From Macrostomum lignano (taxonomy: Eukaryota), in the NCBI GenBank assembly GCA_002269645.1, contig NIVC01003752.1, positions 1-64,000 of the forward strand: a DNA stretch of 64,000 nucleotides, written 5' to 3'. The notes beneath the pieces were generated by a model that ran no database searches, was not told where the DNA came from, and saw nothing but the letters and a program-made list of their open reading frames with translations. Both the position numbers and the translations under genes were made by a program. Shown here in pieces: positions 38,620 through 50,790 of this stretch (position 1 is its first letter; every line of letters starts with the position of its first letter).

Positions 38620-38857
38620 CCTGCCCCAGTTGGGCCATGCAGATGCGCAACTGACAGCTCAGCCGCAGCTATTGCGTGGCGCATCTGAAGGCTGCGTACG
38701 GCTGTTCAGTCCAAGGACTGGGGGGTCGGCACACACCCTCAATTACCCCAGCTGATGCTGGCACCCATTTTACAGCTGGGTGAGCTGAAGCAATGCAGAG
38801 TTAAGTGTCTTGCTCAAGGACACCAATTGTTCCAGTGGGATCAGGAATTGAATCCCC
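38620..38857 (-). mobile_element. CORE-type tRNA-derived SINE
   Basis: Alignable by eye to 19081-19310; gtgtccttgagcaagacacttaac and CORE-like segment on the minus strand. Confidence 0.75.
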
Positions 38858-39539
38858 CCGGTGGGGGTTCGGTGGGAGAAGCTCGGTGGGAGAATGGTCT
38901 TGTCATTTTTTTAAACGTTTTTTTCAAGTGACAGACCAATTTAACATGAAAAATCGATTAATGCGTCGTTAGAGCAGCATGTGAGGCACAAAATAGTGTG
39001 ATAGGACTTTCTCTGACACTGTTAAGAGACCCAATCACTGTTTTAGTGTTGAAAATCGTGAAATTTCCTATCCCGTAGTGTATTTTTCCGGTGAAACCTG
39101 CCTTTAAAACTATTTCTGAACGACAAGCTTTATGAATAACGATAGAGCAATAAGAAAGGCACAACATATCAAAAGATGAACATTGGGTCTTTCTCCTATC
39201 GAAAGCAATAACAATTTCTGTGCTGAAAAAAAATAAAACCTCCTATCTCTGTAGTGTATTTTTCGGCGAAAAGTTGCCTTCAAAACATTTACCATAGATT
39301 TCGAGTGTTGCGTCCTTCTACTTAAGTTGTCCTTGTAAGATTTCTGTAAATCTTAAGTCACATGTCGGCTGAACGTCGGTGTAATCTAAAAGTACATATC
39401 TGTCATCGATTTCGATAAGCGTCGGATTGCTGTGCGGATATGCATGTACATGTAACTCCTGTAAAAAGCTACATGTAAAAAGGAGAATGAAGTATGGATA
39501 CACTGTAGCATAATTTATTGACCATTTTCATTTTCTTCT

Positions 39540-40660
39540 CATTTCTCTCTGCTCGCTCCTCTCTCTCTCTCTCTCTCTCTCTGCTCTCTCCTGTCTCATC
39601 TCTCTTCTCCTCTCAATCTTTCCCCTCTTTCCCCTGTCCTCTCGATTCTCTCCCCCCTCCTCTCTCCTCACTCACTTCTCTCTCCCTTTGTCTCACCTCT
39701 CAACTCTCATCCCTCATCTCTTATTTCTTATCTCTCCTCTTTTCCCTCTCATCTCTCCTCTCTCATCTGTCATCTTTACTCTCTAATACTCGTATGCTCT
39801 CTCACTTCTCTCCTTTGTACTCTTCTCTTTCTCCTCTTTTAACTCCTCTCTTTCCTTCATTCTCCTTTCTTCTCTTCTTTTCTCTTCTCTCCCCTCTTCT
39901 ATACTCTCTCCCTCTCTTGTCTTCTCTCTTCTCTCTCCACTCTCCTCTCTCCTCTCATATATCGTCTGTTCACTCTCATCTTTGCTCTCTCATCCCCCTC
40001 TCTCTTCTGTCATCTCTACTCTCCTCTCTCCTGTGTACTCTTCTCTTTTCCCTCTTCTGACTCCTCTCTTTCCTTACTCCTCTCTTCTTTTCCCTCTTCT
40101 GTACTCTCTCGCTCTATTATCTTCTCTCGTCTCTCTGCACTCTGCTCTCTCTTCCTTCATCTCTCATCTTTACTCTCTCATCTCTCCTTTCATATCTCTC
40201 ATCTCTCTCATCTCATCTCTTTCCTCCCCCATCGTCCCTTTACTCTATCATCTCTCTTTTCTCCTCTCTTCTTTCTCAACTCTCTCTCATCTCTATCTCC
40301 TCTCTTATCACTCTTCCCCCCCTCGCTCCCCCTCTTATCTCCTCTCTTCTCTATCCTTTCTAATCTCTCCTCTGGATCATCTCTCATCTCCTCTCTATTC
40401 TCTCATCTCTACTCTCTTCTCACTCTTCTCTACTCTCCTCTCTCATCGATCCTCTGTCTCATCTCTCCCCTCTTCTCTCTCCCTCCTCTCACCTCTACTC
40501 TTTCCTCTCCCTCCTCTCTCCCCTCCTCTCGCTTCTTCCTCCCATATTCTCTGCTCTCTCCTCACCCCCTCGTCTCTCCTGTTATCTTTTATCTTTTCTC
40601 TTATCCCCCTCTCGCCCCTCCGCTCTTTCTAATAGTCTATTCCTTCTCCTTTTCACTCTC
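39540..40660. repeat. Polypyrimidine (CT-rich) low-complexity tract of about 1.1 kb, with an internal duplication (about 39810-39990 versus 40025-40190)
   Basis: Strong C/T strand bias; the overlapping ORFs are compositional artefacts. Confidence 0.9.
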
Positions 40661-41823
40661 ATATGGCCCGCAGCCATGAGCTTGATTCTTTATCTGGCCT
40701 TTGACGTAAAAAATCTGCCGATCCCTGCTTCGAAAGCCCGTTTGTGGGACGTAGTACTATCATGGTTGTTATCATTTCTCATGCTTTAATCACGTCATCT
40801 TTCTGGCCAATTAGCAGCCCTAAGAGGAATTTGTGTATCTCCAGCTCCACCACCACAACCTCTGCAGCAGTCTAACAATTAGCTAACCAAGGAAATACGC
40901 ATTTCTTTAGGAGCCATTTAAATTTTAAAGAAACCCTATGCGAATCTTAGTGTTAAAATTTGTAATCAGTTATTCATTAATTTTTCGCTATTTTTGCAAA
41001 CCATCCCACATCGCCTTGTTGATTTGCCATCCACTGTTAAACTGCTGCAGACTTGTCTATACAGAGGACAGTAGTTTGAATCTCTCACTAAACTGTCTCT
41101 CCTCTCCACGCCTCTCCACTCGTGGGGGTACAGAGAAGGCTATATTGAAAAGTTATTCCAAAACACTGTAATTCGCTATGCACATTGAGCCCTATCGCCT
41201 GACCTTTCGTCTGGGCTGGGGGAAATGAGTGAGTGAGCGGCACAAACAACAGAAAAAGCAGACAAACTTCACATGCTTAAAGTTTCTGTTCTAATTGATT
41301 TACAGAGTTGAGACTTTATATTTAGACAGTGAATACAGGCTGCAAGGCCGGGGCTGTTGCCCCCAGGACCCCGGGTCCTGCACGTAATGGCGTGGTGAAC
41401 TATCTGTGCAGTATGAGACTGGTATGGCCTTTATCCCAGCCAGCGATGCTCACACCTGCCTCCCCTGGCGGGCTGATAGCTCAAGAGACTCTGTCTCCTG
41501 ATTTTCACCTTGCAAGGCGCACTTCGAAGGGTACTCGTCCCGTGGGTGTTAAGGCAGGCCCCCTTTGGGCCCTGCCGAGCTGATTCGTTGGCGCCGGGTC
41601 CTGGTGTGACCATAAACGCACCCTCTAATGTCCCAGTGTAACTCCGTGCTGATGGACGCTTGGCCAGGGAGTAGTCTGGTCGCTAACGGTTCCCCTTGCG
41701 CTTTTGGGTCCCCCCGCAGGGTGGTATTTCGCTTTTTGGGGGCCTGCCGCTTGGTTTGGGGTTGCGGCCTTGCGGCTCTTTGCCTGTGTTCTACAGGAAG
41801 TCCCACCTTTTTACTTCCAGCCA

Positions 41824-43336
41824 ATGGCTTCTAACCGAAGTAACAATCCGGATGTGGATGACACAGTGCCTCCGGCCTCGGCTGGGGCCGTGGACTCCTC
41901 GGCCATACCACCTGCTACCATCGGGGACGCCTCGGCGAGACCCGTGGAGCCAACTCTGAGCGGTGCCTCCGAGAAGACACCTGCTACTCCAGCTGCTAAG
42001 CAACGCAGCACCACCTCTGGAGCTGCCCGCCGTCGACTTAACAAGGCGAGGCGGGCCAAGGAGGGCGGAAGCCAAACCGGTGCCAGGGGCCAACGGCCCG
42101 CGGCAGCGGAAGCTTCCCAGTCTGGGGCGGTGGCGGAAGAGGGCCTCGAGCCCACGGAAGCCCCTGCCCAGGATAGGGAGGCCGATGCAGCCGGGAGGGT
42201 GGACAGCCCACCTGAAGAAAGCTCCACTGACCCCCGGGCCTCCTACGCTGATGCGGCAAAGAGGCAACCGGCGGTTGTCATCCTGGGAAAGGACGCGCGC
42301 CTGTCTCCCGATCAGCTGAAGCAGGTGAGAAGTGCCGTTGATGGCCTCCTGTGGAAGCTTACTCTGAAGGGCACGCCTCTGAACATTCATTCGAATGCGA
42401 CGAGGGACTCGTGCCTTCTCATTTGGCCCAGTGATGCTGACTCGGGTCGGCGGCTCCTTGAGCTGCTGCCCGAGCAGAGCTGGGACCTCAACCTAGCCTT
42501 CTGCAGAGAGGACGAGCGCCCCCGGACCAAGAGGCATCGAATCTGGGTCCCGGCCAGGAGCGTTGTTACCTCTGCTGACGAGCTCCGGAAAGGACTGCTA
42601 GCAGTCAACCGAGAGCTTCCCGCCGCGGGCCTAGTGGTGCATGACACCCTTAAGCGCACCGACGGCACTGGCTTCACAGCCATCCTGGGGCTGTCGGACG
42701 CCTGGATGAGGCGTTATCCACACGGCAGCTTCATCAACGTCGGCCTTTGGAAGCTGCGCATCCGCTCCTACGAGGCCGACCCTCCCCGTGGCAGTGAGCA
42801 GGGATGCGGAGGCGGCCGGGGCCGAGGCGCAAGCCTCTGCTCAGGCTGCCAAACCAAACCGCCCTGCCCGGCAGCACGGCCGCGCGGGCAAAGCTGAGCG
42901 CGCTGCTGAGGGCGGAGGCGACCGACGCCCGGTGCGCAGCACCAAGCGGCGCGGCCTGTACCAGCGCGCAGCTGAGGCGGTCCGCACCGCTAAAATCACC
43001 CAGCTGAGGCGAGAGGTCGCCGGGACGCCCAGGCGCACCAGTTCGTCCAGGGAGGGTGGGGACGTCCCAGCTGGGCCCAACCCCTTGGAGCAGGGCCGAC
43101 TGGAGACGGACCCGCCTGCCCAGGCGGCTGGCTGCTCCAGGGCATTGGGCCAATCTGAGGCGGAGGACCCCATGGATGGTGGGCAAAGGGCGGCGAACGC
43201 TGCCTATTGCCTTCCGGCCAGTCGGGGGCCTTTCGCTGAAGAAGAGCCCATGGACACCGGCGACCCCGACCCGAAGCTGGTGAGCGCCGAGGAGGAGGAG
43301 GAACTCCTGGCGACTGCAACACCCGATCTGCACTGA
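41824..43336 (+). CDS. Retrotransposon ORF1 (about 500 aa; one frameshift near 42788 in a C run)
   Basis: MASNRSNNPD...; disordered ends around a folded central domain resembling the DUF4780-type region of LOA ORF1s (inference). Confidence 0.75.
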
Positions 43337-46300
43337 TGCCAGCGGCTACCTGGTGTCTGCAGATTAACACCCAGCACTGCGTGGCGGCGTCGGTCAACCT
43401 GATGCGCACGGCAGAGCAACAGCTTCCGGGCCTGGTCTTCGTGCAGGAGCCCTGGATGACTAAAGGTAAGCCAAATAATGTGCCATCTGGCTACCACTGT
43501 TTTTGCATGGCGGGCTCTCAGCCTCGCCCAAGATCTCTGAGCTTTTGAGGCATGGATGAGACCTGATCTCTCGTCTGGGGACATCTGTGTTGTTCAAATC
43601 AATAACCTCATTCCCAATAAACCTGTGCTGGTAGCATCTGCCTATTTCCCGGGCGATGCCCCAGTTGTCTGCGACGCGCTAGTCAACCTTATTGACTATG
43701 CTGCGTCCCATCGGTTCGAGCTGCTCATTGCAGGGGATGTGAACGCACACCACCTGCATTGGGGCAGCAAGAACATCAATAGCAGAGGCGAGGAGCTGCT
43801 GGCCTATGTCAGCAGCACTAACCTCAATTTCTGTAACGTGGGCAATGCACCAACGTTCAATAATGGGCGGTGGGCCGAAGTCATCGACACCACCATCGCC
43901 TCACCCGGACTGCTTTCCGCAGTTACGGGCTGGCGAGTGTGGGGACGAGGACTCACTCTCGGACCACCGCTTTATCCGCTTTTGCATTGGGCCGACCAAG
44001 CAAAAGCCTAAGGTCACTTGGAGTCGGAACGTCAGAAACACCGATTGGGCCACCTTTGGCTCGAAGCTGAGCCGCGGCCTTCGGGATCTTGACCCCCCCA
44101 GTGACCTCTCTGACTGCCAGGTGGTGGATGATCTCGCCTCCTCCCTGAGTGGGGCGATCACCACTGCCTTCGAAGCAGCCTGCCCTCTAAAAGCCTATAA
44201 AGGCAAGAAATCTGCTCCCTGGTGGAACCCAGAGCTCGGGGCCCTTCGGCGCCGAGCCAGGACCCTCCAAAGGCGAGCGCTCAAAACCAAAGACCCATCT
44301 GACAGAGAGGCTTATACCCGTGCGATCCACGAGTTTAAGGGCCAAGTCAGAAGGGCCAAGACGGCCAAGTGGCGCCAATACTGCGAAGGGCTTGAGGGCT
44401 CTCGCCCCGTAGCCCGCGTGGTTAAGGCACTCACGAATGACCGTTTTTCTAAACTCTCTGTTGTGAAGAGACCTGACGGCTCGGTCACAGGGAGCTCTGA
44501 AGAGACTCTGGAGCTAATGCTCAACAGTTTCTTCCCTAAATCTCCGACTCAGCAGGGCCCGCCTGACCACACAGTGGGAGGGCAAGGCCTAGCAAAGTCT
44601 ATAATCACCAAAGACCGCATTATTAGAGCGGCAAGGTCCTTTAACCCGTTCAAGGCGCCTGGGCCCGACGGCATCTACCCAGCGTTCTTGCACGAGGCGG
44701 CGAAAAACCACCGCTTTCTGGACCTCCTCTGTCGTCTCCTCCGAGCTTGTGTGGAACTGGGCTATGTACCAGTTGCGTGGAGAGAGGCCCGGGTGGTCTT
44801 TATCCCCAAGCCTGGAAAGAGCGATTACCAATCGGTGAAGGCCTTCAGGCCTATCAGCCTCACTTCTTTCTGCCTCAAGCTCCTCGAGAGACTGGTGCTC
44901 TGGCGCCTACTTTCAGTCGAGCTGAAGCGCTTCCCACTCTCGCAGAACCAGCACGCCTTCCGCGCGGGCAGGTCTACCGAGAGTGCCCTCCATGTCATTG
45001 TTGACTTCCTGGAGAGGGCCGTTCTTGGCAGCGGCTTTGCCCTCTCGCTTTTCTGGACATTGAGGGGGCCTTCGATAACGTCATCTTCGAGGCCTTTTGC
45101 AGAGCCCTGGAATCCAGGGCCACGCACCCTCACCTTGTCCGGTGGATCATGTTCATGATCCGGAACCGCACTGTTGTGGCCCACCTGAACGGCAGCTCTC
45201 TTTCGGCGCCTGTCCAAAAAGGGGGCCCCCAGGGCGGAGTTCTCACCCCCGTTCTCTGGAACATGGTCATGGATGAGCTGCTTTGCAGTGATCTTCACGA
45301 CCCCATTCTCAAGGTGGGCTATGCCGATGACGTGACCGCGGTCTGCGCGGGCCCCTCGGTTGACACCATCAGAGATCTTCTGCAGGGCTTTCTGGGACGA
45401 GCGGAGCGTTGGGCAAACCAATGTGGCCTCAGACTCTCAGAGTCGAAAACCACAGCGGTCATGTTTACCAACAAACTGCTCTGGACCATTAAGCCCCTCA
45501 CCCTCTATGGAAAGAACATTTCCATGGAGAAGCAGGTCCGCTGCCTGGGCCTCACTCTGGACCACAGGCTCAACTGGACTCCGCACATTCAAACTAAAGC
45601 CAAAAAAGCCCTGGCTGTCCTGGCTCAGATCAGGCGCGCCGTGGGCACCACCTGGGGGCTCACCCCAGGAAGCTGTGGTGGATTTACACTGCAATCATCC
45701 GCCCCTCGATCAGTTACGCCAGCCTCGTGTGGGCTAGCGGTCCGGGCGTCAAGAGTAACCTCGACGCTCTCTACAAAATCCAGGGCAGAGCCTGCCGCAT
45801 GACTATGGGCGCTCCACCCTCTACTCCTTTTGAAGGCATGAATGCCTTCCTCTGCACCCCTCCTCTGGATATTTATATCAAAGGAGAGGCGGCGAAGAGC
45901 ACCCGGCGTCTTCTGGATGCTGGGGTGGCCTTCAAGAAAGTGCGGGCCTTTAAGAAGCGGTCGCTTATCCCGCACTCTGACCTCTGCCTCAAGGCTTTAG
46001 AAGAATGTGGCGGGCTCAACATCCTCACGGACTCGATCCCAGCCACCCTTCTCCTGAGCCAAAGGTATAAGGTCACTATTCAGCCTCGACATGAGGCGAG
46101 TGACAGCTGGAGCGATTCTGTAGTCCACTGTTACACTGACGGCTCTATGAAGCATGATCTTTCAGGCTTCGGAGCGTGCGTCTTCTTCAAGGGAGAAGTG
46201 GCGTGGAGCTACTCCCAGCACACTGGGCTCAACTCCAGTGTTTTTCTCAGAGCGAGGTGCTTGCCATCAGCTCCTGCGCGGCAGAACTGCGCCGAAGGCA

Positions 46301-47024
46301 GCTTAGCGGTCGGAAGCTTATTTTTCACTCTGACAGCCAAGCAGCCCTTCGGGCCCTCTGCCGCTGCACCACCAGCTCCAGGTCCGTCCTGGACTGCAAC
46401 ACCCAGCTCAACGGGCTTGCGCTAGGCAACCAGGTAGAGCTCAGATGGATCCCGGGCCACGCCGGTTTCCTCGGCAACGAGCGCGCCGACCTGCTGGCCA
46501 AGGCTGGCTCCGCCGGCGCGCTGCTGGGGCCGGGCCCGGGGGCCCCCATCCCCGCCTCGGTGATCAACTCCCGCGTAAAGCGTTGGACTGACTCCGAGCA
46601 TCTCCGCAGGTGGCACGACACCCGGAATTGTAGGCAATCCCGGGCGGCCGTCCCCTGCCCCTCCCCTCTCCTGCGTAGAGCCCTCCTCAGGCTCAACCGC
46701 AGAGACCTCAGAGCAGTTAGCATGGCCCTCTCCGGCCATGGCTGCTTCTCTCGCCACCGCTTCCTTCAGGGCCAAGTACTCGAGGAGCGGTGCCCCTTCT
46801 GCCGCTCAGGCAGTGAAAACGCCGAGCATTTTATCTGCCACTGCCCGGTTTTCACCAGGGCCAGGCTCACTCACCTCGGGCCAAACCCGGTTCTCTCCGA
46901 CGTTTGCAGGCCCGAGAGCATCCCGCTGCTCGCCCGGTACCTTAGGGACACGGGACGAGTCGATTTCTTCCCCACTGTCGGTGAGGAGGACCGCGCTGCA
47001 GGCGAGACCGACGGGTCCCCCTGA
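43336..47024 (+). CDS. Retrotransposon ORF2: APE endonuclease - reverse transcriptase - RNase H - CCHC; about 5 frameshifts
   Basis: QINTQH, VQEPW, GDVNAH..WGS, SDHR (APE); FRPISLTSF, QHAFRAGRSTE, PQGGVLTP.LWN, YADD (RT); YTDGS, SDSQAAL, WIPGH.G..GNERAD.LAK (RNase H); CPFC..GSENAEHFICHC. Confidence 0.92.
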
Positions 47025-47930
47025 GCGACTTCACTTCAACGGAAGTCATTGGTCGCCTGGGGCTAGCGGAATGGGCGGTCTCCTCCGCCTCCCCGCTGCA
47101 TCCGCCGGACGCCCCCTGCAGCTAAGTCAAGACAGGCTGCAAGTCAAAGAAGAATTGTGTCAAGTTTCAAGTCAATGGCCTCACGTGTAGGAAACGTATG
47201 GCAGCCGAAAGTTAGTGAATTTTAAAACCCCCCGTTTACACATCAGGCCCAGTTCGGGAAAAAGAGGCAGGCGGAGGTTGGGGTGGCTTCCTCGCTGACA
47301 AAAAACAGCCTAACTTAAAAAGTGCACAGCGCTGTTCAGATTTAACTTTGAGACTTGTAATTTTACACGATTGTGTCAAAATAGTTGAAAATTAATTGTG
47401 TTAAATTTGAAGAGGACCCGTACAATTGGAGCGACGCTATGAAGGATTTACTGAAAAAATCGCACATTTTGAGCAGTTTTTTGCACTTTTACGTAGGAAG
47501 ACTCAAATTTAGGAAATTTTAAGGTAGCATGTGACACTTTCCGTAGTGAATTTAGGGTGGGTGCAAAATTTGATGTAGTTTGGTTAAGCGGTTTGGTAGT
47601 CCATAGCGAAGTATCAATAATTTGTACACACACACTACACAGACAGAGTTTTGATTTTTATATGTAGATGTTTTGTTATATCGAGTTAATATCGTTCACT
47701 ATATTAAAATTTACCTTTTCTCTGAATTCATATGACAATTTCGCTTGCAAGCGTCGCTGCTTGGCTACTTCTAGAAGGTCCGCGTTCTGCTGGCACCGCC
47801 AACAACACGCTGCCTACCAACGTCGACAAAACATAGAGCCTACTGATTGGCTCTGAGTAGCCTAGCCTTGTCTTTAATCACCACACGGTTCGACTAAGAT
47901 TAGAGATACGCTTAGCTATACGAAACGTGT

Positions 47931-48280
47931 TAGGCCTAGTCTAAACTTTATTCTAAAAGCTTAATTCTACGTGTAACTTCAAAAAACGTAACTTTTATAA
48001 CTTTGGAGTATTCTTTCACTAGGTCTCAATGGCGGCAATAAAGCTCTACAAAGAGATTGTACGCACTCTCATTTCTAAAAAGAGTGCATCTGTATTAAAT
48101 CAGCAATTAACACACTCTGCTAACCCTATTTCGCCAATTTCGGTATGTTACAGGATTTTTAATCTTATGACGTTATGCTGACGTGTGTAAGACTATAAGA
48201 ATAAGTTTTATGTCCTGAGGTGTACATTTGTTTTGTATAATGAAATATAAAATAAAATTTAATTTTAGACTAGGCCCTAC
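47931..48280. mobile_element. Possible MITE of about 350 bp
   Basis: Imperfect inverted ends taggcctagtctaaa / ttttagactaggcccta. TSD not established. Confidence 0.4.
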
Positions 48281-50559
48281 AAAATATCTTTGAGTCTAGA
48301 GTACAAGCCATAGTCAGGAAGGTGTCCAGTGAACGCAGGAACTAATTCTGGGCAAAATTAAGCCTGAACGCCAATGTACGCCAATTTTTTTAGCTTCATT
48401 TCAAACATTACGCTGTACGCTGAAGTCCTTTTTCTGTATTTAAAATTGGATTTTACGAAAGAATGGACTACTTTATTGCTCGCAACAATTTGAGAAAAAT
48501 TGAAAACAGAAACAAATAAAACAATTCTTTTTTCACAAAAGTGCAAAATAACAATCTTTAGAAATAGTTTTCTATTATCTGCTTACTTTTTATTATTCTT
48601 TAATTTTTTCAATGGCCATAAATCAGCAAAGACATACAATACAACGCAAATGAGATTGAATATGATTTGTAAAAAAAGTCACAGTGATTGCTTGCTTACA
48701 TATGCGGACAGTGGTTATGATACCACCAGTAAAATTGGTATGCCGATTTTGTCGTTCTGTTGTATGTGTACACAGATACGCAGATATGCCAGTTTTCTAA
48801 AGATCTAGGCCTATATGCTGAAACTGATTCTAACAGCCAAGTGTACATGGGAATATTCCTGCGTACGGACACCTTCCTGACTATGGAGTACAAGTACAAG
48901 ACAAAAAACAAAGCTTCTTTTAAAATGAAATTTTAGGCCTATCAGTTTTCTTCCAGCGTAACTCCATGCATAAAACAGACTATGGGCATAAGCTAGTCCT
49001 ACAATATAAATTCATGCAATTTTTTGGCATATAAATTTTTGGTATAATAATTCATGCCAAATTTTTGGCATAGGCCCTACAAATTTTGATATACAAATTC
49101 ATGCCAACTTTTTGGCATACAAATTTTGGTAAATAAATTCATGCCATGCAGTGCATGAAAATTTAATTATAAGTTATTGTTTTTACATAAAATGAAGGAA
49201 AGCTAGTATACCTTAGAAAGTCCGTGATAGCCTAAGCTTTTTGGTTCCTTTAAATTAACAATAGAATGAGATATATATAGATTTTTTGGTAGCAATTGCA
49301 TAAGTTGAAGCCAAGTAGCCAATATGTCTATATTGTCATTATATCCTTTTGTATGAAATTTATTGTTGCAGGATTTTTAGTCAATTCTACTATCTATGGT
49401 ACTTTGACAAAGCAGTAAAGCTAATAGTTGTCTATAACTATAGTAGTTAGAAAGGACAATGAAGATGACTCACCTATCTATCATAAATAAATCTCTAATA
49501 GATTTTTTAGCTTTTAATTAAATTACCAATAATAGAATAAAGAGCTATATATATACAAAAACCCTGGCAGAGAAAATATAGATTTCTATGAACAAGTTGG
49601 CTTTTGTCAACCAAGAGTCGAGCAGTTACTTATTTTTTGGAAATTAATAGTTTAGACTAGCAATAGTCTAAAATTTTGGCTAAAAATTTGAGTACCTAAA
49701 ATTTTGGGCATTTTCATTGCAAATTTTTGGGTATAGTTTCAATTTTGAGTATTACACTTTTGAGTACATTGATACCTGAAATTTCAAGCTCATTGTCTTA
49801 TATCTAAAGCTGAGTGGATCAATTGATTGACTGGCCAGGTTTAATGCGTATCTCCTCCTAGATGGCTGCCAACTCAAATGCAGAACTTATATGTATGAAT
49901 GTAGAATTTTCGTAACCTTTGGCCAGTCTGCCTCTCTAGTAGAAAGGTTGCAGTAGCCTGATGTAAAAATAGCCACCCTAACCTCTGCCCATGGGTTGCT
50001 ATATATTGGAAGGGTGGGTATATTCAATGCAAATAAAACTCTTGCATGTTAGAGGTTCAATTAAATTTAATGATTCCCCTGGAATGGGAGGTTGGGCTTA
50101 GGCTAAGTATACATAGCAGTTGTATCAGTAAGCAGATAGCTAAGGCTGTGCTGAGATTCAATTGGTTTTATTATTGGCACCTTTCCCTGTGTATTAGCTG
50201 AATAGTGAAATTATCACCTTAACATTAGAGTCTAGACTAGGCACTGCTAGGGCATGGACAGGATACCAGACATACCATAGTCATAATTAGTGAATTGATC
50301 TATATAAATCAATAATAAGACCATAAAATTAATATAGAAAACATCAAAAATCTAAATCTGCCCCCATTTAACTCCCCACTTCTCTGTATATTTGTCACTT
50401 TAGCCACCCCTCCTCCTCTCTCCTCAGTCCCTCAATATTTGCCACTTTAAACCCTCTTTCTCTCTCCCTCCTCACAATGGAGTTTTATGGGTTTGCTCAC
50501 CATCTAAACTTGTGGGCTCTACCAATCATCCTCTCCTTTCATTATTTGACTCCAAACCC

Positions 50560-50790
50560 CCAAGTTGGCAATGGAAATCCCCAAACACCAAAACCAAAAG
50601 CCTAGTCTTGTGCACAGCTTTATATTGATTAATGAAATTGAAAAGCTTGCTGGGGGCATTCTTGTTGTGCTTGCCTCTAGCGCAGATTCTGAATGTCTCT
50701 TCACTGTCTTTAGTGCTGAGGGACTCATTGTGACTGAGAAGCTAGAACTTCACAATAGCTTTTGTTCATTGAAGCTAATTTGAACTTGAA
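50560..50790 (+). pseudogene. Decayed hAT C-terminal dimerisation domain fragment
   Basis: VLASSADSECLF..FSAEGLIVTEK resembles P.SS..SER.FS..GLIVT.KR; the R-to-C change fits CGT-to-TGT decay. Confidence 0.55.

Larger units (their letters stand above)
41347..47131 (+). mobile_element. Full-length LOA-type non-LTR retrotransposon with RNase H, 5785 bp
   Basis: 12-bp TSD ACAGGCTGCAAG at 41335-41346 and 47132-47143; 5' UTR of about 480 bp, two ORFs, short 3' UTR ending taagtcaag. Confidence 0.92.
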
